Source: Prorocentrum cordatum (lineage: Eukaryota). Taken from it: DNA of 64,000 nucleotides. Below the pieces are notes generated by a model that saw only the letters and a program-made list of their open reading frames with translations, made no database searches and was not told the origin of the DNA. The translations under genes were made by a program, and so were the position numbers. The DNA is taken from assembly GCA_963575745.1 (NCBI GenBank), contig CAUYUJ010000026.1:124001-188000 (forward strand), read 5' to 3'. The first letter of the stretch is position 1. Each line of letters opens with the position of its first letter. Below, piece by piece: positions 23,984 through 35,367 of the stretch.

Positions 23984-26131
23984 ATGCCTCCAAAGAAGCG
24001 GGCCCGCCCTTCCTGGGAGCAATCGCAGAGCGACGACCTCTGCAGCGATGCTGGCGATGACAGTTCATGCGTCAATGAATCCGATGGTTGGGATGACTGT
24101 GACGCCTCCGAGGACGGCGACTTCACCGATTGTGAGGATGATCAGTGGGAAGAGTCAGACCATGCTGACGAAGAAGAGGCGGGCCATGTTCTTTGCGAGC
24201 GCTGGCTTCGCCTGTGCGCTGAAGGCAGGATGTCCGCCAAGGACTTGTGCCTGAACTGTTTCTGGGCAGAGAAGGCGGGCGCTCGTGGCCCATTCTCTAC
24301 CTACGCGTTGGGGGACACGAAGCACACGGGCAATTACCAGAAGAAACTGAACACTGCCTTCAAGCTCACAGGCGAAGTGAGGCAGATACAGGTCGACATC
24401 CCCCTAATGAAAAATAAGAACGACAGGGTTCTGACGCCGACACTGGTCACACCTCCTCAGGAAGCGCTTGCTGCCGAGTACTTAGCGAGCAAAGAGCTCC
24501 GGGACGGGTGCGCGTCGTTGGAGACGTCGCGTGAGTGGCAGGACGCTTACAGAGACCACCCAGTTGTAAAGGTTGCACGTGACAACGACGAGCATGTGAT
24601 CCCGTGCGCCCTGTACATGGACGGCGTCCGATACACCCGCGCGATAGGAACAGGGCGCCAAGATCAGTTCATAGGTTTCTTTTTATATTCCCTAGTAACG
24701 AGAAAAAGACATTTATTAGCCATGCTCCGCAAGTCGCGCCTATGCAGGTGCGGCTGCAAAGGGTGGTGCTCCCTGTGGCCGTTGTTCCAATTTTTCCATT
24801 GGGGGCTCGTGGCTCTCGCGAACGCCGTGCGACCCGCACGCCAATGGAACGGCGTAGCTTGGCCCGACGAACACCCCCTTGGCCAACTTCAGCAAGAACG
24901 GCCTCGACTGCCCGCAAGGGCAGCCTTGGTGCAGCTCAAGGGGGACTGGGCCGAGTTCTGCCACAGCCTAGGCTTCCCCACGTGGCAAAGCAAGTATGCG
25001 CCGTGCATGTTCTGTCTCGCACGTAAGTCAGAGTTATACGATTTTGAGGGCATCACTGGTGTAGGTGCACACAGGTGGGGTACAGAAGGCCCACTCGCAT
25101 ATGCAACTAGCTGTAGGAAGTGCGAAAACAGCGTGACTGTAAATTCGCGGGATGACTTGATTGCAGTATTGACAGCCCTGAGGTTTGAGAACAAGAAATC
25201 CAGAATTGGAGGCCGCATTTTGCAACGCAACATGGTTTTAAATGGCGTGCGATTGATGCGGCTGGACAGACTAGAACCTTCGCTCAGCTTGCCCGACACC
25301 CACCGCTTAGAACACGTGAGAGAGTTCCCGATTCGCCTGGTTTTTTGGCGGAGAAACCTCATTCGGAACGCGTGTACAGACAGGGTTCTCCGGAGGAACC
25401 CCCTCCTGGACCATTCAATCGTGGGGGACCCACGGTCGATCCTTCGAATCGACACATTACACACACTTTACCTAGGTGTACTTCAAGGGTACTGCGCCGC
25501 TGTAATTTGGAAGATCGTTCGCGCCAACCCATTTCGGGCTACAGGCACAGCAGATGAAGTGATAGAATTTTGTTTTCGGCGCCTTCACAATCATTTGAAG
25601 GAGTGGTACCAGGGCAACCCAGATGTGAAGTCCAGGCTAGGCGATTTCACACCAAAAATGTGGGGCCACGGCAAGAAGGGCCAGATCTCGCTCAAGGGGG
25701 CCGAGACGGCGCCGCTGGTCAGATGGTGCTTGTCCCTGCTTGATAAATATGAAACCGTCGGCGGGAACGCAGATTTGAAAAGAGCTGGTAGGTCTCTCGT
25801 CTGCCACATGCGCATCATGAAAATGAACGGCCCCCATTTGACTAACGAGCAACACGGGGAATTGCTGTCATCGTTTAAAGAGCACGTGCTCGCCTTGCGT
25901 GACTGTGCAATTAAATATAAGCCAAAACACCATTTATGGGCCCACTTAGTATTGCTGTCGAAACGCAACGGGAATCCTAGATTCCACAGTTGCTTCCTAG
26001 ACGAGTCGCTGAACGGGATTGTCGCTGTAGTGGCGAAATCGTCTCACGCTGACAGCTGGGAGAAGCACATATTTACAAGGTTGCGCCTGGGACCAGCTGT
26101 CAACCCCAATTCGTATTTTGCAGCTGTGTGA
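23984..26131 (+). CDS. CMC superfamily (EnSpm/CACTA/Mirage/Plavaka-like) DDE transposase, 715 aa, intronless
   Basis: LYMDGV (D1), LKGDWAE (D2), PCMFC, IDTLHTLYLGV (DxxH), KPKHHLWAHL, GNPRFHSCFLDESLNG (E); acidic N-terminus with PPKKRAR NLS-like motif; visibly lower GC than the flanks. Confidence 0.75.
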   Translation: MPPKKRARPSWEQSQSDDLCSDAGDDSSCVNESDGWDDCDASEDGDFTDCEDDQWEESDHADEEEAGHVLCERWLRLCAEGRMSAKDLCLNCFWAEKAGARGPFSTYALGDTKHTGNYQKKLNTAFKLTGEVRQIQVDIPLMKNKNDRVLTPTLVTPPQEALAAEYLASKELRDGCASLETSREWQDAYRDHPVVKVARDNDEHVIPCALYMDGVRYTRAIGTGRQDQFIGFFLYSLVTRKRHLLAMLRKSRLCRCGCKGWCSLWPLFQFFHWGLVALANAVRPARQWNGVAWPDEHPLGQLQQERPRLPARAALVQLKGDWAEFCHSLGFPTWQSKYAPCMFCLARKSELYDFEGITGVGAHRWGTEGPLAYATSCRKCENSVTVNSRDDLIAVLTALRFENKKSRIGGRILQRNMVLNGVRLMRLDRLEPSLSLPDTHRLEHVREFPIRLVFWRRNLIRNACTDRVLRRNPLLDHSIVGDPRSILRIDTLHTLYLGVLQGYCAAVIWKIVRANPFRATGTADEVIEFCFRRLHNHLKEWYQGNPDVKSRLGDFTPKMWGHGKKGQISLKGAETAPLVRWCLSLLDKYETVGGNADLKRAGRSLVCHMRIMKMNGPHLTNEQHGELLSSFKEHVLALRDCAIKYKPKHHLWAHLVLLSKRNGNPRFHSCFLDESLNGIVAVVAKSSHADSWEKHIFTRLRLGPAVNPNSYFAAV

Positions 26132-26550
26132 GGGGGACTGTGCCTATGATATTGGGCGGGATGGGTTGGGCAACAAAAGCAACAACATACAAAGGGGGAA
26201 AGGTGTGGTGAAACCAGAGTCGCAGGCACACGGTCTCCAACTCGCGTGATAGCCAGTCGATTTAGGGCAGAGGCGGTGGTGTGGCAGCAAAAAAATACAC
26301 GATTGCGCGTCTGGGCTCCATTTCGGGCCCCTGGGCTTCCGGGCGCAGGACGGCGCAGGTCGTTCGAACCCCATCGGTTTCGTTCTCCCCCCAGCCTCCT
26401 TCGCAGGAGCACCTGATCGAGACCCCTTGCAGGCCCGAGTGAGTAGCAGGCGGGAGTGTGGGCTCTACATGGGGACCCTGGGCTTCTGGGTCTAGGTCCT
26501 TAAGGTTCAGGCTCCTTCGCAGGGACACCAGGTCCCGCCGCGCTGCCGCG

Positions 26551-28312
26551 ATGCCCAGCAAGCGGAAGAGGTCGCTGACGCCGATCCCCAAGTGGCTTGA
26601 GAAGCAGGCAGGCCGTCCAACACCAGTTGGTCAACCAGCTGCAGGGATGAAAGCATGACGAGGAGGGAGGTTTTAGAGGCACCCCGATCCTCCTTCCCCT
26701 CCCGGCCCCCTTCTCCATCCAACCCCACTCGAGTGTGGTGCAGACTCCTCATCCCTCCTTCTTTCCTCTTTCTCCACCTCCGTCTACTGGGCCAACAGGG
26801 GCCCCCCGTAACCCTTCAAGGCTCACGAGGGAATACAGCCATGGAGTGGCTCTTTGAATTCCTTACCCCACCACCCAGACTGATAATCGGCGAATGGTGC
26901 CTTCCCTTCCACCGCCACCAACGCCCCCTGACGATGATGACGTGGCGTCGCTGCCATCTTTATCTTTACCTTCTGGGACTTTCACCTTGCCAGATGGAGA
27001 GCTCTCTCCGCGCTCAGATCCAGAACTTCCCCCTGGAATTGATGATGCCTGAAGTCCTCGGGCCAACCGTTACTCCACAAACCCTTTGTCGTCCCCCTCG
27101 TCCGGGGCACGTCGCTCAGAGAGGCGCCAGCTCGATTTTGTGAAGTGCTGCCTCAACTCATCACTGTTTTGGACCCCCTGAGTTCCGAGAGGGCCTTGGG
27201 GGAAAAAAAACATATGCCGTCCTAGCCGCCCCAAGACATCTAGACACCCCCGCAGGAGAATGAGAAGAGTAATGAGTATGAAGAGGAGGAGGATACGGAT
27301 AAGGAGGAGGGAGGAGGGAGGAGGAGAGGGAGGGAGGGGGAGGTGGAGAAGGAGGAGGAGGTCGTGACCCCCCTGGGTGGGGACCCCTGGGCACTGTCCA
27401 ATATTGCTCTCCCTCCCGAGGCTGCCAGTGGGCCCGACGAGTGGATGGTTAACTGGATCGACGAGCAGCTGCACGGCATGGAGGGCAAACTCACGATCGA
27501 CAAGCGGGACTCCATCACTCCTCCAACCAGAATTTACTCCCATGTCATCCTATTCCCGCGCTATCCTGGTCACTCCATCTCCTTCTCCTCCTCCTCCTCC
27601 TCCTCCTCCTCCTCCTCCTCCCCCTCCTCCTCCTCCTCCTTCTCCTCTTTCTCCCCTTCCTCGACGTCCTCCCTCCGCCTCCTCCCTCCAATCCAACTCG
27701 CTCAAATCCAACTCAAGCCATCCTGTCACCTTTGGCCCGACTCGCTTCCATCCTCTACCCTTCCTCCTACACATCCTTTGTCCCTCCCCTCCTCCCTAAA
27801 TGTCATGCTGCTGCTGTTGCTCCTCCTCCTCCTCCTGCTCCTCCTCCGCCTCCTCATTTCCGCCTCCCTTCCTCCGCATCATCCTCGCACCGACCCACTT
27901 CCCTCCTTCCACGTGCGCTCGCCCCCCTGCCGCTCCTCCATTGAGGACACCATCGAGACGCTCATGGGGATGATTCGCAAATTCTCTGGGCGCTGCAGGC
28001 CACGCCGTGGGCGGGAAAGGAGGAGGAAGAGGAGGGGGGGGAGGGGGGGGGAGAGGAGGAGGAGGACGAGGAGGAGGAGGAGGAGGAGGAGGAGGAGGAG
28101 GAGGAGGAGGAGGNNNNNNNNNNNNNNNNNNNNNNNNNNNNNNNNNNNNNNNNNNNNNNNNNNNNNNNNNNNNNNNNNNNNNNNNNNNNNNNNNNNNNNN
28201 NNNNNNNNNNNNNCTCCTCCTCCTCCTCCTCCTCCTCCCCTCCTCCTCCTTCCCCCCATAGCCCTCCCCTCCCCCGCGCAGGTCTACTTCCGCGTGCAGC
28301 ACCGCTCGTGGG
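26551..28312 (+). CDS. Possible multi-exon gene C (partial), unknown function
   Basis: Protein-like islands between microsatellite tracts: MPSKRKRSLTPIPKWLEKQ, EAASGPDEWMVNWIDEQLHGMEGKLTIDK, SIEDTIETLMGMIRKFS, and CAG|VYFRVQHRSW; spans an assembly gap. Confidence 0.35.
28114..28213. other. Assembly gap (100 N)
   Basis: Run of N flanked by (GGA)n on the left and (CCT)n on the right. Confidence 1.
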
Positions 28313-28384
28313 CCTTGGGCGGCCGGCCCGCGGCGGTTTCGGGCGCGCTCCGGCCGGGCGGATCAGCGCGATCCCGTCGTCGTG

Positions 28385-28435
<51 letters not shown>

Positions 28436-28635
28436 GTCGCCGTCGTCATGGTCGTCGTTGTCGTCGCCGCCGCCGTCGTCGTCGTCGTCGTCGCCGTCGT
28501 CGTTGCCGTCGTCGTCGTCGTCGCCGTCGTTTTGGTCGTCGCAGGAGGAGGGGGAGGAGGAGGAGGAGGAGGAGGAGGAGGAGGAGGAGGGGGCGGAGGA
28601 GGAGAAGGAGGATGAGGAGGAGGAGAAGGATGACC

Positions 28636-29288
28636 AGTGTAACCCAAGATGCATCAACGATGTTGGAATAAACCCTCCCGAATGTTCATGTCCACTGAGG
28701 GGAGTGCCCCGTTGGGAGACAAGCGTTGGAGTATCCTGACGCGTGCCAAAACACCATTCTCGGAGTTTCAACGCCACGAATTAACTTGACTGTTGCGTGG
28801 TCACGGTCCTGAGTCGTGCCAGAACACCATTCCTGCGACTTCAACACCGTGAATGAATGTAACGGTTGCGCCCTGACAAGCCTGAATCGCTCCAGAACGT
28901 CAGCCGTGGTACGTTAGCCATGGGAATCCGTGAAATTCTTGTAATTAGTTAAGACGAATGTGCGCAGCGCCAAGGCGAGAGTCACATTTTAAACATGAAT
29001 CGCCCTCAATCCGTGAAGCTAGTTTCATTTTAGAGACGAAGAACGCGGCGCTAAGGCGATAGGCACACTTTGAAAACGGCCTGCCTTCAATCCGTTTTTT
29101 TTTTCAAGACGTATGTGCGCGGCGCTGCGGCGAGAGCCGCGTTTTGAAAATCGCCCGCCCTCCATCCGTGAAACTGTTGCAGATGCCAACCGTCAGTCTA
29201 TAAGGTGAGAGGAGGTTTCGTATTAAACGCCCGCCCCGCCCTTTCGACCAGCCTCGGGGCGCGACAGGGAGGAGTTACTTATAAGGGA
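28636..29288 (+). repeat. ~650-bp dispersed repeat with ~80-bp internal units, copy 1
   Basis: Aligns end to end by eye with 39937-40629; internal ATCCGTGAA...AAGACGAA...GCGGCGCT..GGCGAGAG..CA..TTGAAA units. Confidence 0.8.
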
Positions 29289-29609
29289 ACGGAGGAGGCG
29301 GAGGCGGAAGCGGAGGGGGAGGGCGAGGAGGAGAAGGGGAAAGACCAGGAGGAGAGGGTGGGAGGAGGAGGCGGCGGAGGAGGAGGAGGACGAGGAGGAG
29401 GAGGAGGTGGAGGAGAAGAAGGAGGAGGAATACGCACATTCCCGATTCTCCTCTTCCTCCTTGTCCTTGCCTTCCCCATCCCCCCCCCCCCGGATTTCCG
29501 ACGTCGTGTTTTTCCTCCATGGCGTGAGCCTTCAGGAGGTCTCGACCCCTTCTTGGGACGGGCCTTTTTTTGCGGCCTTCGGGGCCCTGCCAGACCCTGG
29601 CGTGATTAC

Positions 29610-31117
29610 GGGCGGGAATTTTGGCCCACCGCGCTTCGGCGCGACACGCTACTCAGTATTTTCCTGGTGCCCGAGGCGCCTCCTGCCCTGCGGAGCGGAG
29701 CGATACGATTTCCGCTCGCAGGGTACAGCGTGTCGCCTGGGCCGCCGCGGCGACGTTACGCTGCCCCGAACTTCCTGACCGTGTGGTCACGACGCGAGGC
29801 GGCCCGAAGCCTGCGCCACCCCATTCCCCCGACGCTCCATCGGCACCGCCTGAACACACGCTCATACCCTGTGTCCGGCGGCCCCTGGCTGCACCGACCC
29901 GCTCTGCGCGGAACTCTTCCACGTCTGAGCGCTTTCCCTTCCCCCTCCCCCCGCTCTCCCTCCACCTCGGCCTTCCCGGCGGGCCCGCCTTCGCGCCTCC
30001 CTAGATATGCAGGGCTGGCGGGAGCGGACCCCGGGCGAAGATTCCCCTTCCTCTTCCTCCCCTCCTCCTCCTCCTCCTCCTCCTCCTCCTCCTCCTCCTC
30101 TTCCTCCTCCTCCTCCTCCTCCTTCTCCTCCTCCTCCTCCTCCCCCTCCCCCCGCGCGGCCGCCCTCGTCTTGTTTCCTCCCTCTCCCGCGCCGGACCAC
30201 TCGCCTATCGGTTGCCCCGACCAGCCACGCGCTGGAGCGGGCTGCCTCTGCCTCACCGCCGCCGAGGCAGAGCGCGTCGGCCCCTCCGTGGCGACGCGCG
30301 CGCTCCGGCATCTCGCAGTGTATGCTCGGCGGCGGGGGCTTTCTGGCCGTGCCACCCTCGCTCGCCTCCTCCTCCTCGCTCCTTCTCCTTCTCCTCCCCT
30401 TCCTCCTCCCCTCTCCTCCTCCTCCTCCTCCTCCTCCTCCCCTTCCTCCTCCTCCTCCTCCTCCTCCTCCTCCTCCTCCTCCTCCTCCTCCTCCTCCTCC
30501 TCCGCTATACTGTAGTGCTGTGCTAGAAGGCTACGGTGGGGGTGCTGGTCAAGGAATGTGCCCAGGAGGCTCCAGACCCTGGAGTATTCCTTATGTTATG
30601 AGGGCGGTGGCGATACCCACGGCCGATGCACAACTGGAGTTCCGCTGGCTTCCAGACCCCGGATTCCTTATCCAGTGCTTCCCCAATGCCTCCGCCGTGT
30701 TTGCTTGGTTCGGACGTGCGCCTGCAAGGGGGGTCATAGAAGTGGTATGTCCTTCTCCCCCGACGCTCCAGCCCCCATGTGCGCCCTTGCAGGTGGGGCC
30801 GCATGCGGGACGAGGGCCTCTTCGCGGGGCCAGAGGGCATGTCGGGTGTTGCCAGAGGTGCCACCTGGCCCACGGTTCTAGGCCTCCCAAATGGGGTCAG
30901 AGTGCGGTCAAGAACTTTCGCTTCGCGTGTCGCGGCGGCGGTCCTGGCGACACGCCATGCCCTGCAAGCGGGTAGTGTGTCGCTCCGTTCCGCGGGGTGG
31001 AAGGCTCGGAGAAGCTTGGAACGTTGACGCTTGGGGACCGGGAAGTGGATAGCGTGTTGCGCCAAAGCGTGGTGGACCAGAACCGGCGACGCGACACGCC
31101 GTCCAAAAATTCCCGAC
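29610..31117. repeat. Diverged inverted repeat pair (29610-29782 versus 30902-31117)
   Basis: GGGAATTTTGG..CCACCGCGCTTCGGCGCGACACGCTA...CGGAGCGA...CAGGG...GCGTGTCGCC...TTCCTGACCG matches the reverse complement of 30902-31117. Confidence 0.75.
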
Positions 31118-31719
31118 CGTAGATGGTGGTCGGAGGGTCGCGCCGCATCGCCGAGGTATCGGCGACGCAGTCGATGTGGAGCCCAATTTTCTCCACGCCG
31201 ACGTCGCCGATGCATCACCGCCGTCGCTGGTGCGTCGCTGATGCATCGGCGATGCATCGGCGATGTGGCGTGATCCCCCGACCCCATCTACTCCGACCCC
31301 ATCTGGAAGGCTTCTAAAGGTGGATCCAGGATTTCCGATGGAGGCTCGCGCAGCCTCCAGAGCACCCTCTCCTTGGAGTTAGCTGGGGTTCAGAGGTGTC
31401 CCAGCGCGGGTTCTGGCCGAGACATGGGGCACCCTCGTCGCCATTGCGGGACGCGGTCGGAATAACTTGTCAGTTTCGACCCCGGGAGGGGCCCGGGGAT
31501 TGATTTTCGCTTCCAACCCTCACGATGCCTGCGCACGAGGCCCCAACAGAATGGTGCGAGGAGCTGGGGGCACCTGGGGCCAGGGGCACCTCTGGCAGCG
31601 CCCGAGCATGTGGTGCGACCTGGAGGGGCTGCCACCGGAGGCCGTCGCGGCCGCGACTGCGGAGGCGCTGAAACAAAGGCAGCGCGCGCGCTGCGCGAGC
31701 GTTGTTTTAATCAAAGAAG

Positions 31720-32170
31720 AACTGTTGTTAAGTGAGTTGTGTTGTCTTATGTTGTATTTTGTTGTGTTGTTTCGTGTTGTGCTGTGTACTGTCGTGTTGT
31801 GTTGTGTCGTGTTGTGCTGGATTGTGTTGTGTTGTGTTGTGTTGTGTTGTGTTGTGTTGTGTTGTGTTGTGTTGTGTGGTGTGGTGTGGTGTGGCGTGGC
31901 GTGGCGTGGCGTGGCGTGGCGTGGCGTGGTGGTGTTGTGTGTGTGTGTGTGTGTTTGTTTGTTTGTTTGTTTGTTTGTTTGTTTGTTTGTTTTGTGTGTG
32001 TGTGTGGGTGTGTGTGTGTGTGGGTTTGTGTGTCTGTCTTTTGTTAGTTCGTGTTTTTGATTGCCTGATATTTGTAATTATTATTATTGTTGATGTTGCT
32101 GCTGCTGCTGCTGTTGTTGTGGTTGTTGTTGTTGTTGTTGTTGTGGTTGTGGTTGTGGTTGTGGTTGTGG

Positions 32171-32234
<64 letters not shown>

Positions 32235-32329
32235 GTTATCTTGTGTGTGTGACTCCTGACTTGCGACAGTGGTGCCACTTCGCTGGCGGATAAGTGTATG
32301 TGTGTGTGTGTGTCCGCGTGCGCGCGCGC

Positions 32330-32417
<88 letters not shown>

Positions 32418-32460
32418 GCGCGCGCGTGTGTGTGTGTGTGTGTGTGTGCGTGTGTGTGTG
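31720..32460. repeat. Compound microsatellite (TGTTG/TGTGG/CGTGG/TG/TTTG/TTG/TGCG)
   Basis: Directly visible. Confidence 0.95.
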
Positions 32461-32790
32461 GTTGGGTCGCCGGCCGCACGGCACTCGCCCCTTGCCGCCG
32501 CCTCGTGCTGCCCCTGAGCGGGCTGCCGGCGTCGCTGCACGTGCTCGACCGTCGGGCACGCTCTTTTTTCTTCTGCGCGCGCAGCCCCTCGTTGGTCCCC
32601 ATTTCGGCGGCGAGCGAGGGTGTCGAGATTCGAAATTCCAGGTTTTCGAGCGTCTTCCTACTTCTCTCGGTGGCTTTCCAGTCTGGAGATGCTTGCCAGC
32701 AGCTGCGCTTCGCCGAAGGCGTTCCTGGGGGTGCACGGATCGTCCCGAACGGCCGCCAGAGACCCGAGTTGTGACGCAAGCACCGATTTC

Positions 32791-32992
32791 AGCGGGGCGC
32801 CCAGGGGGGAAGCGAGAAGGAGAAGGCCGTCTCAGAAGGCGGTGGTGGGGCTTTTCAGTAGCACTCGCGCCTTCTGGGAGGTTTTTCGTGTCTTCGGGGG
32901 AGCCTTTGAGATCTTCTCAGACGGCTGGGGGACTTCCGGGCCCTCTGAGGAGGCCCGCCTCTTCTCACTTCCCCCCCTCGTTCGCCGCCGAC
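32791..32992. mobile_element. Palindromic MITE-like element, copy 2
   Basis: GGGGGGAAGCGAGAAGG...GGGGACTTCCG...AGGCCCGCCTCTTCTCACTTCCCCCCCTCGTTCGCCGCCGAC, similar to 2364-2553. Confidence 0.6.
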
Positions 32993-33933
32993 CACCGGCA
33001 CCCGCCGACCACCGGCACGCGCTCGGCGGTACTCAGCTGAGCGCAAGCCGCCGACGCCCTCGCCGAGTCGGACCGCCCAGCCGCGAAGCAAGAAGTGTGT
33101 GTGTGTGTGTGTGTGTGTGTGACGGCGACAGCGACCGCGCGACGCCCCTCCGGACCCGCGGGCGCCGCGCCGGGGCCACAGCCCCGAAGGCTCGCTCGGC
33201 CTCCGCGGCTCCAGCGGCTCCAGCGCCCTCCGTTCGGCTCCAGCGCCCTCCGTTCGGCTCCGCGCTCTCGGCTCCCCGCATCCCCGCCGGGCTGCCGGGC
33301 CGCTCCGTGCCCTGCGCCGGGCCTGGGCCGCGGCCGCTCCCGCCTGGGCCTTGCCGCTCCGGTGTGCGGCGCAGCTCCGCGCCCGCCGCACTGCAACGCC
33401 GCGTCGCCGCGGGCGTGGCCGCCGAGGACGTAGAAGACTGCGCGTGGGCCTCGCCGCTACAGTCGGCCCTGAGTAGCAGGTCGACCCTGCGACATCAAGG
33501 GCGCCCTTGTGTCCTGTGCCTCGCGACCCATAAATGCCTCTTGCAATGCGGCCCTGGGCGGGGTCCTGTGTCCTCTCGCGTGCCCTCTCCAATCAAACTC
33601 GACTGCATTGATTCCTCATCAGACCTTTGCACGACTCATCTGCTTACCCATATGTGCAGTGCTTCTGCAGGCGCAGTGGCAGCTTCGAGGATCGGAACCC
33701 GCCCCGGGCACAACCCGAAACGCTTCACGCTCTGAGCGCGCTCTGGCCGTCCGGCGGCCCCCCCTTCAGAAAAGGGAAAGGTACTCACACCCTTTTTTGG
33801 GGCCTCCTGGGAGTCGGAGGTTGATAGACCTCGTACTCTGACACGGCGACTAGCGAATTGGCCGTTTTCGGTTCGCGAGAGGGCGTCGCGGTCGTCATTT
33901 TTGCGGGACCAGGTCCGTCGGCTTCGGTCCTAG

Positions 33934-33955
33934 TCCGTAGCCATTTTGGCTCAAG
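33934..33955 (+). other. Dinoflagellate spliced leader (DinoSL), perfect genomic copy 1
   Basis: TCCGTAGCCATTTTGGCTCAAG matches DCCGTAGCCATTTTGGCTCAAG; not followed by GT. Confidence 0.97.
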
Positions 33956-34138
33956 TTCCCAACGTCGCGCCCGCGCTGGGAGCTTGTTTGCAGCCGAGGG
34001 AGCGGCTCAAGGCTCCCAAGACTTCGCACCCCAGGGGTGCACGGCTGTCGCGGCCAAACTTTGTGAGCTCCTGCTGGAGCAGACACCGCCTCTTCTGAGG
34101 CTTCCGCATTCCACGGCCCCGCAGGGGGCACATCGCTC

Positions 34139-35367
34139 ATGTCTGATGGCGGCGCCGCGGTCCTTCCTGGTCCTCGGACGCCGTACTGGTCTTGCAGCGG
34201 GCGTGGGCTTAGCACGAACTATGCAAGCAGATTGGTGTGCAGGTGCGGGAGATCAGCACCAGCACATGTCGCGAAGGCCGCTCGCGACAAGGCTAAAGGT
34301 CTGTCTCCTAATCATGCTGGTGGCCCTCGTCAGTCAGGTGGAGGTCCCCCCCGAGCTGGAGCCAAGACTCGACCCACCTCAGCAAGCAGCTGGCAGATTT
34401 GCAGAAGAAGTACGACAAGCTGGTGGGCAGCGCTGGCAGTGGTGGCTCTTCCCCTCCTGGCGGGCAAGTGCAGTCTGGCAGTGCAGCACCACCTTCTCCT
34501 GAGGACGTCCAAGCGCAGGCCTTGCGAGACACCATCAAGCATCTTGAACTGGCCAGAGCAGCGGTTGACAAGGTCGCAGGAAGTGAGTTCACAAGGGCGG
34601 CCTTGGACATGCAACTCCAAGAAGCTCGGAAACAATTATCCAGGCTCAAGCCAGAACTCACGGTTCACACCAACGTGGGTCATCGGCTTCAGCGTGCTGA
34701 GCAAAAGTGTGAAAGGATTCGTTTGCAGGTTGAAGAACAAAATGAGGTACTACGAAGTGCACAGGAGAAGCTGGGCAGTCTCGAGTCACAGCATATCCTG
34801 GCTACCAAAGAAGTTGAGCAGCTACGCAGAGAGCTGGTGGAGACGCTACCGTCATCTGCGGCGGCGAAGCCACAGCTCAACACGGACACGGACGAACTTA
34901 CCGACAACCCCGACGAGCAGGCTCTGCTTGAGCAGTTCTCTGCGTCGGACGGTTTCAAGTTGTACAAACAGGCGCTGGAGAGGAAGGAGGCCAGGAAAGC
35001 GGCCCCCAAGAGTCCTTTCGACGCTGATGGCGATGCACGCATGGCAGGCGACAGTGAGTTTGCTGATCCCATGGGTGCGAGAGTTTTCGGAGGTCATGGG
35101 GCAGGTGGTCCAGAGGCCGACGGACAAGAACTCGATCTTGGAGCAGGTGGCCCAGATCAACGGCAGGACGATCGTGGAGCAGGTGGCCCAGATCAACGAC
35201 GTGATGCTGCTGCGTCCGCAGGTGGTGGAAGCGGGGCACGGTCGGACATGGACTTCTCGGACCAGGAGCTCGAGGCAGTTTACCTTTCGGCGCAGAGGGT
35301 CGACAACAGGGCCTTCGGTGAGGCCATCACGGCCGCGCTCGTTGCCAAGAGACTGCGGCATGGGTAA
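34139..35367 (+). pseudogene. LINE-a ORF1 (N-terminal Cys finger, coiled coil), one frameshift near 34390
   Basis: YWSCSGRGLSTNYASRLVCRCG, then the helical E/Q/L-rich frame 34399-35367. Confidence 0.75.

Noticed and set aside
28020..28250. (GGA)n/(CCT)n inverted hairpin
   Set aside because: The two arms are separated by a 100-N gap, so the adjacency may be an assembly artefact.
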